This document shows positions 13,790 to 26,430 of a stretch of DNA of 64,000 bases, piece by piece. The stretch is from the human T2T-CHM13v2.0 reference genome, Homo sapiens, in NCBI RefSeq assembly GCF_009914755.1, contig NC_060947.1; one strand, written 5' to 3'. Both the position numbers and the translations under genes were made by a program. Positions within the stretch are counted from its first letter, which is position 1; every line of letters begins with the position of its first letter. The notes under the pieces were generated by a model. That model saw nothing but the letters and a program-made list of their open reading frames with translations. It ran no database searches and was not told the origin of the DNA.

Positions 13790-14330
13790 CTTCCTGAGAA
13801 TTCACATCTGGTGGTGGAAACAGGTATCCATAAATCATCTCAATGAAGGTATGCTTTGATATATCTAAAGTTTAATTATAGCACTGGGGAGCCTGATGGA
13901 AGGAAATATTAATCCCAACAATGGGGGTCTGAGAGGGCTTCACAGGGGATGGTGGGTTTGATCTGAACCTTGAAGAATATGGCAGAGGGTTGGGGAAACT
14001 TTCCAGCAGGAGAAATAACCTTATTGAAAACACAGAGAAGACAGTTTCTGTAAATTAAAAAGTAGATGGATGTGTTTGGAGTGCATGTGTGAGGTAGGGA
14101 GTGCAGAGTGACATACAATTAGCAATGCAGGTAGACATTTTAGGGCAGAGTTTTGTTTTACTTATTGCACTGGGAGCCATTGAAGATTGCTGAGGAGGCA
14201 AGAGGTATGAGTCAACTGAGTTTGAAAAAGGGAAATCTGGAGGTAATATAAAAAACAGACAGGAGGGGTGAGATAGGCCAGTAAGATCTGGGAGATCATT
14301 TAGGGGTCTTTGACAATATCCAAGGTAATC
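13790..14330 (-). mobile_element. L2 fragment
   Basis: Degenerate L2 motifs (ggagccattgaagattg..., atctgaaccttgaagaat). Confidence 0.6.
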
Positions 14331-14334
14331 AGTT

Positions 14335-14714
14335 CTGTGTACCCACTCCCAAAAGCAAACCCTAAGGCAAGAGTTTAATTGCAAGTAGTTAATCTGAGAG
14401 GTGATCAGGAGAATCACACTAAGTAAATGGGGAAGTGAGATGCTGGAGGGAGAAAGCCAATAAGTAAGCAAGCTAGTTATCAGGTTACTGCTGAAAACTG
14501 AGGGACCTCACTGGGACCTTCAGAAAGAATTGTCATACTGAAGGGCAAGGGAGTTGGAGTACTTATCTGTTAACCCCTAATTGATTAAAGCTTTCTCTTA
14601 GGTCAGAGGTCTGTAACAGTGAGTTCCCACAGGCAGAGTTGTAGGAAACCACTGGTGTGTATAGGAACTCTCTGCAGGGGGGATTTTTGTGAGGGCACTG
14701 ACAGCATGTACTAA
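14335..14714 (-). mobile_element. ERVL LTR, LTR33-like
   Basis: aagcaaaccctaaggcaagag...gcaagtagttaatctgagaggtgatc...ggggaagtgaga and terminal gggcactgacagcatgtacta resemble the LTR33 reverse strand. Confidence 0.65.
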
Positions 14715-14987
14715 TGTTATACCAATATTATATTTGGTATGTTTGTTGGTAGAAAGAAATGTTGGGAACTGGATGGATTTGGAATTTTCAAGGCAGCCTG
14801 CAGTGATCTACGATCATGTTCCAAGTGTGCCTGTGTGGAGGTTTGTTTTAAATGCCTGTTTGGCCATGGAACCAAAAGTGAAGATGGACCATTCTAAATC
14901 AGAGTTAGGGCAGAACAAACTAGGCAATGATAATGAATTAAGAAACAGAGGGACAGCTTCAAGAGAAATAAAGAGGGAAAATGATGC

Positions 14988-15441
14988 TGTAACAGGTTGA
15001 GTTTCCAGGAAATCAGATTCCGAGAGAGGAAGTTAGAATGCAGGACATTTATTAGGGAAACTGTTATGAGCAACACTTGTGGGAAAAAAAGGTAAGAAAG
15101 TATGTTTAGCAGAGGTAGAAACTGAGCTTTGGCGAAGGCCCACTGAAGGCTTCAGCCAACTCATTAAGGCTCCTGAAGCTGGGATGGCTCTTCAGAGTTG
15201 TCCCGAGTTGGGAGAAAGAGACTAGACCTTCACAGTACTGTGTTGATCAGTCATTGAAAGTGGGCTACATGTGGAAGGAGGTTTGACCTTGAGTGAAGCT
15301 TTTATTTTTTTTTTCAAGCAAGGCAATGCATAAAGAGGGCTGACCTGTTGGCCATCTTCCAGCATTATATCCAGTAGCTATGGGAGTAAGTTCCTCATTC
15401 CTGAAAAGATATATCATTAGTGCATTGTAGTGTCTTCCACA
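14988..15441 (-). mobile_element. ERVL LTR, LTR16-like
   Basis: gctgggatggctcttcagagttgtcccgagttggg and gatcagtcattg motifs of the LTR16 reverse strand. Confidence 0.7.
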
Positions 15442-17159
15442 GTTGTATTTGATGAAAATTGAATATGAAAAAGAAAGGAGAAAGTAGAGTCAAATGTACT
15501 TCGGACAGTAAGCAACTCTAAGCAAAGTGAAACCAATAACTGTGAGGGGGAAGTAATCAGAAGGGTAAGTTTACTGCTTAGGAATGAAAGCCTAGTTCTA
15601 TCTCGACTTCAAAGTTATCTTTTTATGTCATTAAGTTTTGGAAAAAAATGACAATATAGAATAAGTAAACCTAGATATAAAAACATATAACCTTAAGGAG
15701 AAACAAACAAATCCAAGCAAAAATCACCATGTTTGCAGGTGTGAGAGAGATAATGTGTTAATGACTGAAAGCAATAAAACACGATTGCTTAATTCTTTCT
15801 TTTGTAACTGTAAAATGACCTATCTGGTATAGATAAATATGAGAATGCAAAAAGCTATTATTACTGTTCATTATTACAGGATTAGTGTGTAACCAACTGT
15901 AGACACAGAGTAATGGCCTGTTACTTATTTGCAGTGGTGAAATATGCAAATAAATTTTCATTTATCTTAGCTAGAAGCTGTTTTGTTTTGCACAAGACTA
16001 GTATATAGGTGAAGATGAGTAGGCCTTAGTGGTGATTATATACTTTATTAGTAGTAATTCTCAATTTTATTTTGATTGCAACAACATAATATGATTCAGA
16101 AATATGATTTAGAGATGGCTGTAAAGATGCATGTTCACAACATAAAGCAACTAATTTGTAATGTAGCACTAGCAAAATAACTTGTAAGTGTAAGAGTTAA
16201 GACTGTATCATTTGGTATACCTTACATATCATTTTCCTAATAATTTGCTCCAGTTGTTCTTTAATAATCTACATAGACCTCATGTCTCTGGCATGACTTT
16301 TCTGAGCTCTGTATGAAGACGTCATCAATCAGCTTAGCTTTTTTTCAGCCTGTGAACATCAGGGTTAAACTACAACTTTAAAAAACATGTTTTACAAACA
16401 ACAAACAGGGAGATGTGTAAACTTGTAAAGATACTTCTAGGGATCCCTTTCTATGTCTAGAGCTAGGAAGCTAAATAATTAATTTGGGGCTTGGTGATCC
16501 AAAAATATGTGAAAACTGTACCCCAAACCATGCAAATGTGAGCTCTTTAACTAATGATTTTGCTCTTATGGTCCCTAAAGCCAAGATTCCAGCCACTACT
16601 GAGTAGCACATATTCCAGAACAAATGTCATCTCCAATGATGACCCACTACAGTAGATTCATGCTGTTTTAGTTTCTGTGTGTTTAACTCAAAATTTTCAG
16701 TTGAGAGAGGATTCTCTGAATATCTTTCCAACATATTATAAAAATAGAAACCCATGAATGTTTTTAAAGGCTTTTATTTTATTGTTAACTAGTGCAGTTG
16801 ATTTTTTAAAGCCTTAGTATAGGACTTCATAATTATCTCTTGTGAACTTCTACATGTAAGCAACAAATACAGTTTCATCTCCAAGGAAAAAGTTTTTAGA
16901 ATTTCTTACAGTCATCAATGATGTTTTATTTGTGAACCTGAAGGACATAAAAAGAGGGGGTAGAACTCAGTAATCGAGTATCTTCCCTTTGCCCGCAGGA
17001 TTGATGAAAGGACAACAGAGAAAGGATATAACAAGAATAATTTATTGAATTATGAGCCATTTAAGCATATGAACAAAACCAGGCTAGAAGACTTTAATAT
17101 GTTGATCATGGCCTGGTGGCCTAAAACTATCTCCAAACATTACACAACAAGAATATTTT

Positions 17160-17475
17160 CTTTTTCTTTTTTCTTTCTTTTTTTTTTTTTTAAATTGAGA
17201 CAGGGTCTCACCCTGTTGCCCAGGTAGAGTTCAGTGGTGTGAACATGGCTTACTGTAGCTTCGACCTCCTGGACTCAGCGATCCTCCCACCTCAGCCTCC
17301 CATGTAGTTGGGACAACAGTTGTGTACCACCATGCCTGGCTGTTTTTGAATTTGTTTAACATATGGAGCCTGACCATGTTGCTCAGGCTGCTCTTGAACT
17401 GCTGGGCTCAAGCAATTTACCTGCCTTGGGTTCCCAAAGTGCTGAGATTATAGGCGTGAGCCACTGCACCTGGCC
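17160..17475 (-). mobile_element. AluJ
   Basis: Dimeric Alu, polyT first, J-type cctgggctcaag motifs; flanking duplication caagaatattt (17148-17158/17478-17488). Confidence 0.9.
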
Positions 17476-18454
17476 AGCAAGAATATTTGCACACAGTATG
17501 TACTTTGTGCACTTACAGTGGCAAGTCTTTGGATTTTATATAACCCTACATGGACTCAGTTCACTGTAGTCACCAAGGTGCTTTAAATATTTTTACTCCA
17601 TACTAAAAAACTAAATACAAAGGACCAAAGGGTTTCCAGTCATATTAGTAGTCTTCATTTCTACCTTGAACATTCATGCTATAGTAGTGTGAAATTCTCT
17701 TATTATCCATGACTGTTAGTAGCCTGGTAGCTGCAGCAAGTAAGTAAGAATGATCAATTTTGATTTTGTCAAAATTCAGCTTGTATTTTGTTTAATAGCA
17801 CCGAAAAGTGCTTTCTTACTTGCTGAAAAATTATTGTGTTCCTTAACACAACTGTAAACTTTGTGCTTGTTTATGTATAGAGAACATTCATTTCTAAAAA
17901 TTTGCAATTTGGAACTTGCTACACTGGAATGGGATCTTTTTATGACACTGGCATAAGAAAGCTTCATTCAAATTGCAAACAAGCTTTTAGTTCGCTTTTG
18001 TAAAAGATCCCCAAACCAATAGAGTTAGCTTGAGAAATATGAAGTTTTGTTTTTATTCAACACTAAATATATCCATAGTAGGCTTATTTTGTCTTTACTT
18101 TTATAAAACAATTTTTAGATATTACTTTCTAGAATATAAAGAAATAATTTTCTTTACAATGAGAGCTCTTTAATATTTATTATTTTTATTCTGGAATATA
18201 AGCCAAGCTACATTTACATATCCTGAATAAGCCGTCTTTGATTTTTGACATTTAATTGATGCACAACTATTTTCAGGGCTTCAAACAAGAATATTGTAGC
18301 AATTGAGGATAACTTTACATAAAATGTAGTCTCAGTGTGAGTTTATGTATCTTAGGAATATGTAATATTTTCTCAAATAAATGCAGCTTTTTAAAAATGA
18401 AAGGCCACCATCGACATATAATTATTTTTCTATATTTCCATGTTGCATAAATAA

Positions 18455-18865
18455 AAGACTCTGGTTATGTACCTGATACCACTTTCAGGCTGTAGAACCT
18501 CAGCCAGGTTATTCCATCCCCAGAGCATCCATTTCTTTATCCACGGAAATGCAATATAAATACTTTCTCTATCACCTGTTGCTGTGTCATCAATGGGTGA
18601 TAGCACTGTGAAGCCCCTAACATAGAACATGCAGAAGGCAGTAAATAAATATTATTATTTTATGCAATTTGACACACATCACTTCAACTACCAATATTAT
18701 CCTTCTCTAACTGTGTAATCTTGGGTAATTTACTTAACCTCCCTGAATGTCGGGTTTTTTTGTTTGTGAAATATAGATAATATTTAGACTTTCAGGGTGG
18801 CTATGGGGATTAAATGGAAATATATGAAAACTGTTGATTTAGTAGGTGTTCAATTAATGTCGATT
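18455..18865 (+). mobile_element. MIR fragments
   Basis: actgtgtaatcttgggtaatttacttaacctccctg MIR core. Confidence 0.6.
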
Positions 18866-19259
18866 GCTCTTATTTAAAACACTAACTCTCAACTCTACCC
18901 ATCTGCTCCTCACATTTGGAAAAAGTCATTTCCAACATTGAAAACGATCATTTAGGGGCATAATTTGCACAAAATCGCTGTGTTTATTAAAATTTATCTT
19001 TTATTCTTTAAATGTAGCAAGTGCTAGAAAAAAATCTGTGTGAGAAACTGGCTTAGGGCATGCATGATACAAATGTAAAAATATACCATTTACATATAGA
19101 TTTGCAAAATATATAAATATATATGTATATATGTAGTATTTGAGGCTTATTAGAATTTTGCTTATGATTGTCAGTTTCATTTTTATGTCTCCTAGTAACT
19201 ATTGAAAAATGCATGATTTCTTTATTAATAATAACTATTAACAGCAACTACATATACTT

Positions 19260-19430
19260 CTCTAATCCTCTAACAGTATTTGATATAGGTACTATTATTT
19301 TTTTTGTTGTACCAAGAAGGAAACTAAGTCACAGACAGCTTAATTTTTTAGGCACATCGTTTGTCAATGGCAGAGCTGGAATTGGAACCTGGGAAGTTTG
19401 ACTCCAAAGTATTTGCTCTGCATCACTCTA
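19260..19430 (-). mobile_element. MIR fragment
   Basis: aggaaactaagtcacagacag...ggcagagctggaattggaacc...tgactccaaag. Confidence 0.65.
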
Positions 19431-20877
19431 CCACATTGTCTCTTTATTAATTTTTTTTTTGCCTTTTCTACTTTTATTTTAGATTCAGGGAGTACATGTG
19501 CAAGTTTGTTACATGGATAAATTGCATGTTGCTGAGGCTTGGTGTGCAAATGACTTTGTCACCAAGGTATTTAGCATAGTACCTGATAAGTTGCCTTCCA
19601 ACCAATGCCCTTCTCCCACTTTTCCCCCTCAAGCAGTTCCCAGTGTCTATTGCTCCCATCTTTGTGCCCATGTCTATTCAATCTTTAGCTCTCATTTGTA
19701 AGTGAGAACATGTGATATTTGGTTTTCTGTTCCTGTGTTAGTTTGCTCAGGATAATGGCCTCCAGATGCATCCATGTTGCTTCAAATGACACAATTTCAT
19801 TCATTTTTATGGCTACATAGTGTTCCATGGTGTGTGTGTGTGTGTGTATGTTTGTGTAACATTTTCTTTATTCAGTACACTCTTGATGGTCATCTTGGTT
19901 GGTTCCATGTCTTTGTTATTGTGAATAGCCCTGTGATAAACAATATGAGCACATAAATTCTTTTGGTAGAACTATTTATTTCCCTTTGGATATATGCCAA
20001 ATAGTGGGATTGCTGGGTCAAATGATAGTTCAAAATTCTTTAAGAAGTATCCAAACTGCTTTCCACAGTGGCTGAACTAACTTACATTCCCACCAACAAT
20101 GTGTAAGTGTTCCCTTTTCTTCACAACCTCGCTAGCATCTATTATTTTCTGACTTTTTAATAATAACCATTCAGATTGGTGTGAGATGGTATCTCATAGA
20201 GTTTTTGATTTACATTTATCTAATATTTAGTTATGATCAGCATTTTTTCATATATTTGTTGGTTACATGTTTGTCTTCTTTTAAGAACTGTTTGTTCATG
20301 TGTTTAGCTACATTTTTAATGGGGTTGTTTGCTTTTTGTGTATTAAGTTACTTATAGATTTTGGATATTAGACCTTTGTTGAATGCGTACTTTGCAAATA
20401 TTTTCCCCCATTCTGTAAGTTGTCTGTTTCTCTTGCTGTGCAGAAACTTTTTACTTTAATTAGGTCCCGCTTGTCTGTTTTTGGTTTTGTTGCAGTTGCT
20501 TTTGGTATATTCAACAAGACATCTTTGCCAAGGTCTATGTCCAGAATGGTATGTCTTAGGTTTTGTTCTAGGGTTTTTTTATAGTTCAGGGTCTTACATT
20601 TAAGTCTTTAATCAATCTTGAGTTCCTTTTTGTGTATGGTGAAAGGAAGGAGTACAGTTTCAGTCTTCTGCATATGGCTAGACAATTACCCCAGTACTAT
20701 TTATTGAATAGGGAGTCCATTACTCATTGCTTGTTATTGTTGACTTTGTCAAAGATCAGATAGCTGTAGGGGTTCAGCTTTATTTCTGGTTTCTCTAACG
20801 TGTTGGATTGGTCTATGTGTCTATTTCTGTACAGGTACCTTGCCATTTTGGTTACTTTAGCCTTGTAGTATAGTTTC

Positions 20878-21768
20878 TTTTTTTTTTTTTTTTTCCTTTT
20901 GCAAGTAATTTATTTCCCCTTCAGTTCACTGACAGTGTAGCTGTGGCTCATTTTCACTGATGTAGAGGAATAGTTAGTGCTTATTAAAACACCTGCTATG
21001 TGCTGGGAGCAAATGGTTTATATTTCATATTTGGTTGAACCCTTAAGGCCACCCTATCAGTTAGATACTATTCTTTTTTTTTTTTTTTTTTTTTTTTCAT
21101 TGATCATTCTTGGGTGTTTCTCGGAGAGGGGGACTTGGCAGGGTCATAGGACAACAGTGGAGGGAAGGTCAGCAGATAAACAAGTGAACAAAGGTCTCTG
21201 GTTTTCCTAGGCAGAGGACCCTGCGGCCTTCCTCAGTGTTTGTGTCCCTGGGTACTTGAGATTAGGGAGTGGTGATGACTCTTAATGAGCATGCTGCCTT
21301 CAAGCATCTGTTTAACAAAGCACATCTTGCACCGCCCTTAATCCATTTAACTCTGAGTGGACACAGCACATGTTTCAGAGAGCACATGGTTGGGGGTAAG
21401 GTCATAGATCAACAGCATCCCAAGGCAGAAGAATTTTTCTTAGTACAGAACAAAGTGAAGTCTCCCATGTCTACTTCTTTCTACACAGACACAGCAACAA
21501 TCTGATTTCTCTATCTTTTCCCCACCTTTCCCCCTTTTCTATTCCGCAAAACCGCCATCGTCATCATGGCCCGTTCTCAATGAGCTGTTGGGTACACCTC
21601 CCAGACGGGGTGGTGGCCGGGCAGAGGGGCGCCTCACTTCCCAGAAGGGGCGGCCGGGCAGAGGCGCCCCCCACCTCCCGGACGGGTCGGCTGGCCGGGC
21701 GGGGGCTGACCCCCCACCTCCCTCCCGGACGGGGTGGCTGGCCGGGCGGGGGCTGACCCCCCACCTCC
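20878..21768 (-). mobile_element. 5'-truncated SVA (VNTR plus SINE-R) with about 180 bp of 3'-transduced sequence and two polyA tails
   Basis: SINE-R tgatcattcttgggtgtttctc...; VNTR gggcgggggctgaccccccacctcc; polyT at 21074-21097 and 20878-20894; 14-bp TSD tgtagtatagtttc (20864-20877/21769-21782). Confidence 0.95.
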
Positions 21769-21815
21769 TGTAGTATAGTTTCAAGTCAGGTAGTGTGATG
21801 CCTTTGGCTTTGCGT

Positions 21816-24597
21816 TTCTTTTAAATTTTTTTATTTTTAATTATTGTGGGTACATAGTAGTTGTATGTATTTGTGGGGTACATGAGATGTTTTGATAAAG
21901 GCATGCAATATGAAATAAATCATGGAGAATGGGATATCCATTCCCTCAAGCATCTATTATTTGTGTTACAAACAATCCAATTACAATCTTTTAGTTATTT
22001 TAAAATGTACAATTAAGTTATTATTGTCTATAGTCACCCTGTTTTGGTATCAAATAGTAGGTCTTATTCATTTCTTCTATTTTGTTGTACCAATTAACCA
22101 TTCCTACCTCCCACCAACCCCCCACTACCCTTCCCAGCCTCTGGTAACCATCCTTCTACTCTCTGTCACCATAAATTCATTTGTTTTGATTTTTAGATCC
22201 ACAAATAAGAAAATGCAATGTTTGTCTTTCTGTGCCTGGCTCATTTCACTTAACATAACGATCTCCAATTGCATCTATGTTATTACAAATAACAGGATCT
22301 CATTCTTTTTTATGGCTAAATCATACTCCATTGTGTGTATATACGCATTTTCTTTATTTATTCATCTGTTGATGTATGCTAACATTGCTTCCAAATCTTA
22401 AATATTGTGAACAGTGCTACAACAAACATGGGAGTGTAGCTATCTCTTTGATATATTGATTTCCTTTCTTTGGGATATATACTCAGCGATGGGATTACTG
22501 GATCATACAGTATATCTATTTTTCATTTTTTAAGGAACCTCTAAACTGTTCTTCACGATGGTTGTACTAATTTATATTCCCAACAACAGTATATGAGGGT
22601 TCCCCTTTCTCCACATCCTCAGCAGCATTTGTTATTGCCTGCCTTTTGGATATAAGCCATGTTGCCTGGGGTGAGATGATATCTCATTATAGTTTTGATT
22701 TGCATTTCTCTGATGATCAATAATGTTGAGAACCTTTTTACATGCCTGTTTGCCATTTGTATGTCTTCTTTTGAGATATATTTATTCAAATATTTCTCCC
22801 ATTTTTATCAGATTATTAGTTTTTTATAGAGTTGTTTGAGCTCCTTATATATTCTGGTCATTAATCCCTTGTCTGATGTGTAGTTTGCAAATGTGTTCTC
22901 TCAATCTGTGGGTTGTCATTTCACTTTGTTGATAGTTTCTTTTACTGTGCAGAATATTTTTAATTTGCCATTGTCTTCTGGCCTATAAAATTTCCACTGA
23001 AATGGCTGCTGTCAGACACATGGGAGCTCCATCGTATGTTATTTGTTTCTTTTCTCCTGCTGCTTTTAGGATCCTTCCTTTATCCTTGACCTTTGGGAGT
23101 TTGATTATTAAATGCCTTGAGATAGTCTTCTTTGAGTTAAAACTGCTTGGTTTCTGTAACATTCTTGAAGGTGGATAGTCATATCTTTCTCTAGGTTTGG
23201 GAAGTTCTCCATTTTTATCCCTTGGAATAAACTTTCTACCCATAGTTATTTGCTTACCTTCCCTTTAAGGCCAATAACTATCTTTCCAAAGACAGAGGAG
23301 CCCCACCTGTGGCTAAAACCACTGCAGGCCATGAGGAATACTGCCAAATGACAGCCAATGTTCCTTTAAGGCCCAAGGGCTCTCAAGTCAGCTTGTGGTG
23401 AATGCTGCCTGACCTGGGACTCACCCTTCAGGGCACTGGGCTCTCCTCTTGCCCAGGGCGAGTCCAGAAACGTCATCCAATAGACAAGTCCTGAAATCAA
23501 GGACGCCAAGAGCCCCTGTGGCCATGCTGGTACCTAAGGTGCAAGTTGATGTCCCTTTTACTTTTCACTCTGCTTTTCTCAAGCAGCCACCCTATAGCCA
23601 TCACAACTGGTGATGTGCTGAGTCTCACCTGAAGCCAGCAAGTCTCAGAGGCTCACCCAAGGCCCTTGATGTAGTACCTGGGTATTACTGCTGGTTATTC
23701 AGGGCCCGAGGACTCTTCAGTTAGCACGTGATGAATGCTGCCAGGACTGTGTCCTTCCCTCCAATGTATCTGGTTCCCTTCTGACCAAGTGTGTGTCTAG
23801 AAATGTCGTCTGCGAGCTAGGGCCTAGAATGGGATCCTCACAACATTGACTGATGCTTATCCTGCTGTGGCTGAGCTGCTATCCAAAATGCAAGACAAAG
23901 TACTCCCCATTCTTCCCTCTCCTTTCCTCAAGGGGAAGGAAGGGGTCTCTTCTGGAGCTACGAGCCTTGCAGCCTGGGGTTAGGACTTCAGTGATGCCAG
24001 CTCTCCCTCACCCAGCTGGTGTCTCAGTAGATCACGTACACCCCCCAGTCCATTGTCTCTGGGCTAGATCTAGGGTTTGCTTAATGACTGCAGTCTTTAT
24101 AGACTATACTGCCTTTCCAGTATATTTATAGACCCAACACAGTTTATCCCTTGGTTGCAAGGTTTGTAGGAACTCAAGTTCAGACCACTGGGATTGACAA
24201 TTCCCCTCTGGCGAGGACTGGTTTAAATGCTCCCTCTGTGGGTGGGCATCAGCTGATTTTGGTCTGGTTTTCCTTTCTGCTCTAACAGGAAAGCACTGAG
24301 TTAAATACCCCACAATTGCTATGCTTCTCCTCCTCCAGCACCCAGAGATGCTCTCCGCTCACTGCCACCATTACTGTGGGGTGGGTGACGGGTGACATTG
24401 GAGACTCAAGACTTTTTTTCTATTTCTTCAGTGCCTCTTTCAGTGACACAGATATAAAGCCAAGTACTAAGAGGGCACACCTGATTTTTGGTTCTTATGA
24501 AGGTATTTTTTCTGTGCAGATAAGTGTTAAAATGCTATTGTTGCAGGGGAGATAATCAGTGGAGCCTTCTATTCTGCCGTCTTGCTCCAACTCTCCC
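21816..24597 (-). mobile_element. L1MA1/2-like LINE-1 with both ends, most of ORF2 deleted, nested in the L1PA15/16
   Basis: 3'UTR tgtgggtacatagtag...gtgttacaaacaatccaatta; ORF1 remnant (RHLIIKLPKVKDKGRILKAA); 5' end ggagccttctattctgccgtcttgctcc; degenerate TSD cctttggcttt/cctttgacttt (21801-21811/24599-24609). Confidence 0.8.
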
Positions 24598-25879
24598 ACC
24601 TTTGACTTTCTTCTTTTTGCTTAGGATTGCTTTGACTATTTGGGCACTTTTTTGGCTCCATATGAATTTTAAAACAATTTTTATTTCTAATTCTGTGAAA
24701 AATGTTGTTGAGAGTTTCACAGAAATAACATTGAATCTGTAAATTTCTTTGGGGCATTTGGCCATTTTAATAAGACTTCTTCCTGTGCATGAGCATGGAG
24801 TGTTTTTTCATTTGTGGTGTCTTGTGATTTCTTTCAGCTGTGTTTTGTAATTCTCATTGTAGTCATTTTTCACCTCCTTGGTAAGCTGTATTTCTAGGTA
24901 GTTTATACTTTTTGTGCCTATTATAAAAAGGACTGTGTTCTTGATTTGGCTCTGAATTAGGACATTTTCCATGTGTAGAAATGCTACTGATTTTTTTGTG
25001 GGTTGATTTTGTATCCTGAAAATTTACTGAAGTCATTTATCAGTTCTGGAAGCCTTCTGGTGGTGTCTGTGAGTTTTCTGAGTATAGAATCATATTGTCT
25101 GTGAAGAGATTGTTTGACATCCTCTCTTCTGATTTGAATGCCCTTTATTTCTTTATCTTGTTTGATTGCTCTGGCTAGGACTTCCAGTATTATGTTGAAG
25201 AGGAGTAGTGTGAGTGGACGTCCTTGTCTTGTTTCAATTCTCAAGGTGGATATTTCCAGCTCTTGCCCATTCAGTATGATATTGGCTATAGATTTGTTGT
25301 ACATGGTTCTTATTATTTTGAGGTTTGTTCCTTCGGTAAGTAATTTGTTGAGGGTTTTGAATGTGAAGTGATGATAAATTTTATTGAAGACCTTTTCTGT
25401 GTCTCATATCTTAATGTGCTTTCTTGCCATCCAGATTTTGAATTCTATGTCTGACATTTCAGCCATTTCAATCTGATTAAGAACCATTTCTGGGAAGATA
25501 GTGTGATTTTTTTGGGGGGTAAAAAGATACTGTGACTTTTAGAGTTTCCAGAGTTCTGTGCTGGTTCTTTCCATCTGTGAGGGCTGATGTTCCTTTATCA
25601 TTTGAAATTGCTGTCATTTGGATGGGCTTTATATTTTTATGGTCATTATTGCCCTTGAAGGTGTGACTGCGGTACAAGTTGTGTATAGTTGAATGACTTA
25701 GTTTCTGGATGCTTTCAGAGGGCCAGTGCTCAATTCCACATTGCTGGGCTATGTACTCTATCCATGAGTGACTGGTACTGGGTCCATGGCTTTGTCCACT
25801 GTTCCCTTGAGGTTAAGCCCAAGCTGGGATGGAGGAGCTGAGGCACTGCCAGATTATTGGCAACAGCACTCCATAAGGA

Positions 25880-26430
25880 ATGATGGGGGCACGGTGGGTG
25901 TAAATGCTCCAGTGGGGGTGGCGAGAGCACTATGAGTGGGAAGTGCTCTGGTGGGGGACTTGGGAGCACCACAGGTGACAGGCTCTTCAGCAGGGGTGCC
26001 ATGGGTGGGATGCACTCGGGCTGGGTTGATGGTGGCACCACTGATGGGACACACTGTGACGGGGTGGCAGGGGTGCCACAGGTGGGATGCACTCCAGCAA
26101 GGGTGACACCAGAAGGAAGTACTTGGGGAGGTGGGTGGCCATGGGCTGGAAGTGCTCCAGTGGGCACAGCATGGGCACTATTTGTAGGAGGTGCTCTGGC
26201 AGGGGCACTGTGGGTGGGAACCCTTCTGGCAGGGGATGCCATGGTCAGAAAGTACTTCGGTGGGACAGTGGTGATGCCGCAGCTGATTGTGACCCATAGG
26301 GACAGTGGTGAGGTTGCAGACAAATGCCTTCTGGTGGGAGGATGTCAGCAAAAGTGCTCCAGTGGGGTGACAGGAGGATCTGGTTAAAGTGCTATGATGG
26401 TAGATGCTGGCAAAAAACCTTTTGGTGGGG
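25880..26430. repeat. Degenerate GC-rich tandem repeat in the L1 5'UTR
   Basis: Recurring gtgctccagtgggg / gcactc / ggggtgcca units. Confidence 0.6.

Noticed and set aside
21269-22401. ORFs over the SVA and L1MA 3'UTR, including a hydrophobic 159-aa ORF
   Set aside because: Typical translations of SINE-R/VNTR and T-rich antisense L1 sequence
25730-26387. Longest ORFs in the track (197 aa on -, 151 aa on +), Pro/Gly-rich
   Set aside because: They lie in the GC-rich degenerate repeat of an old L1 5'UTR where stops are rare; overlapping ORFs on both strands and no splice or homology support
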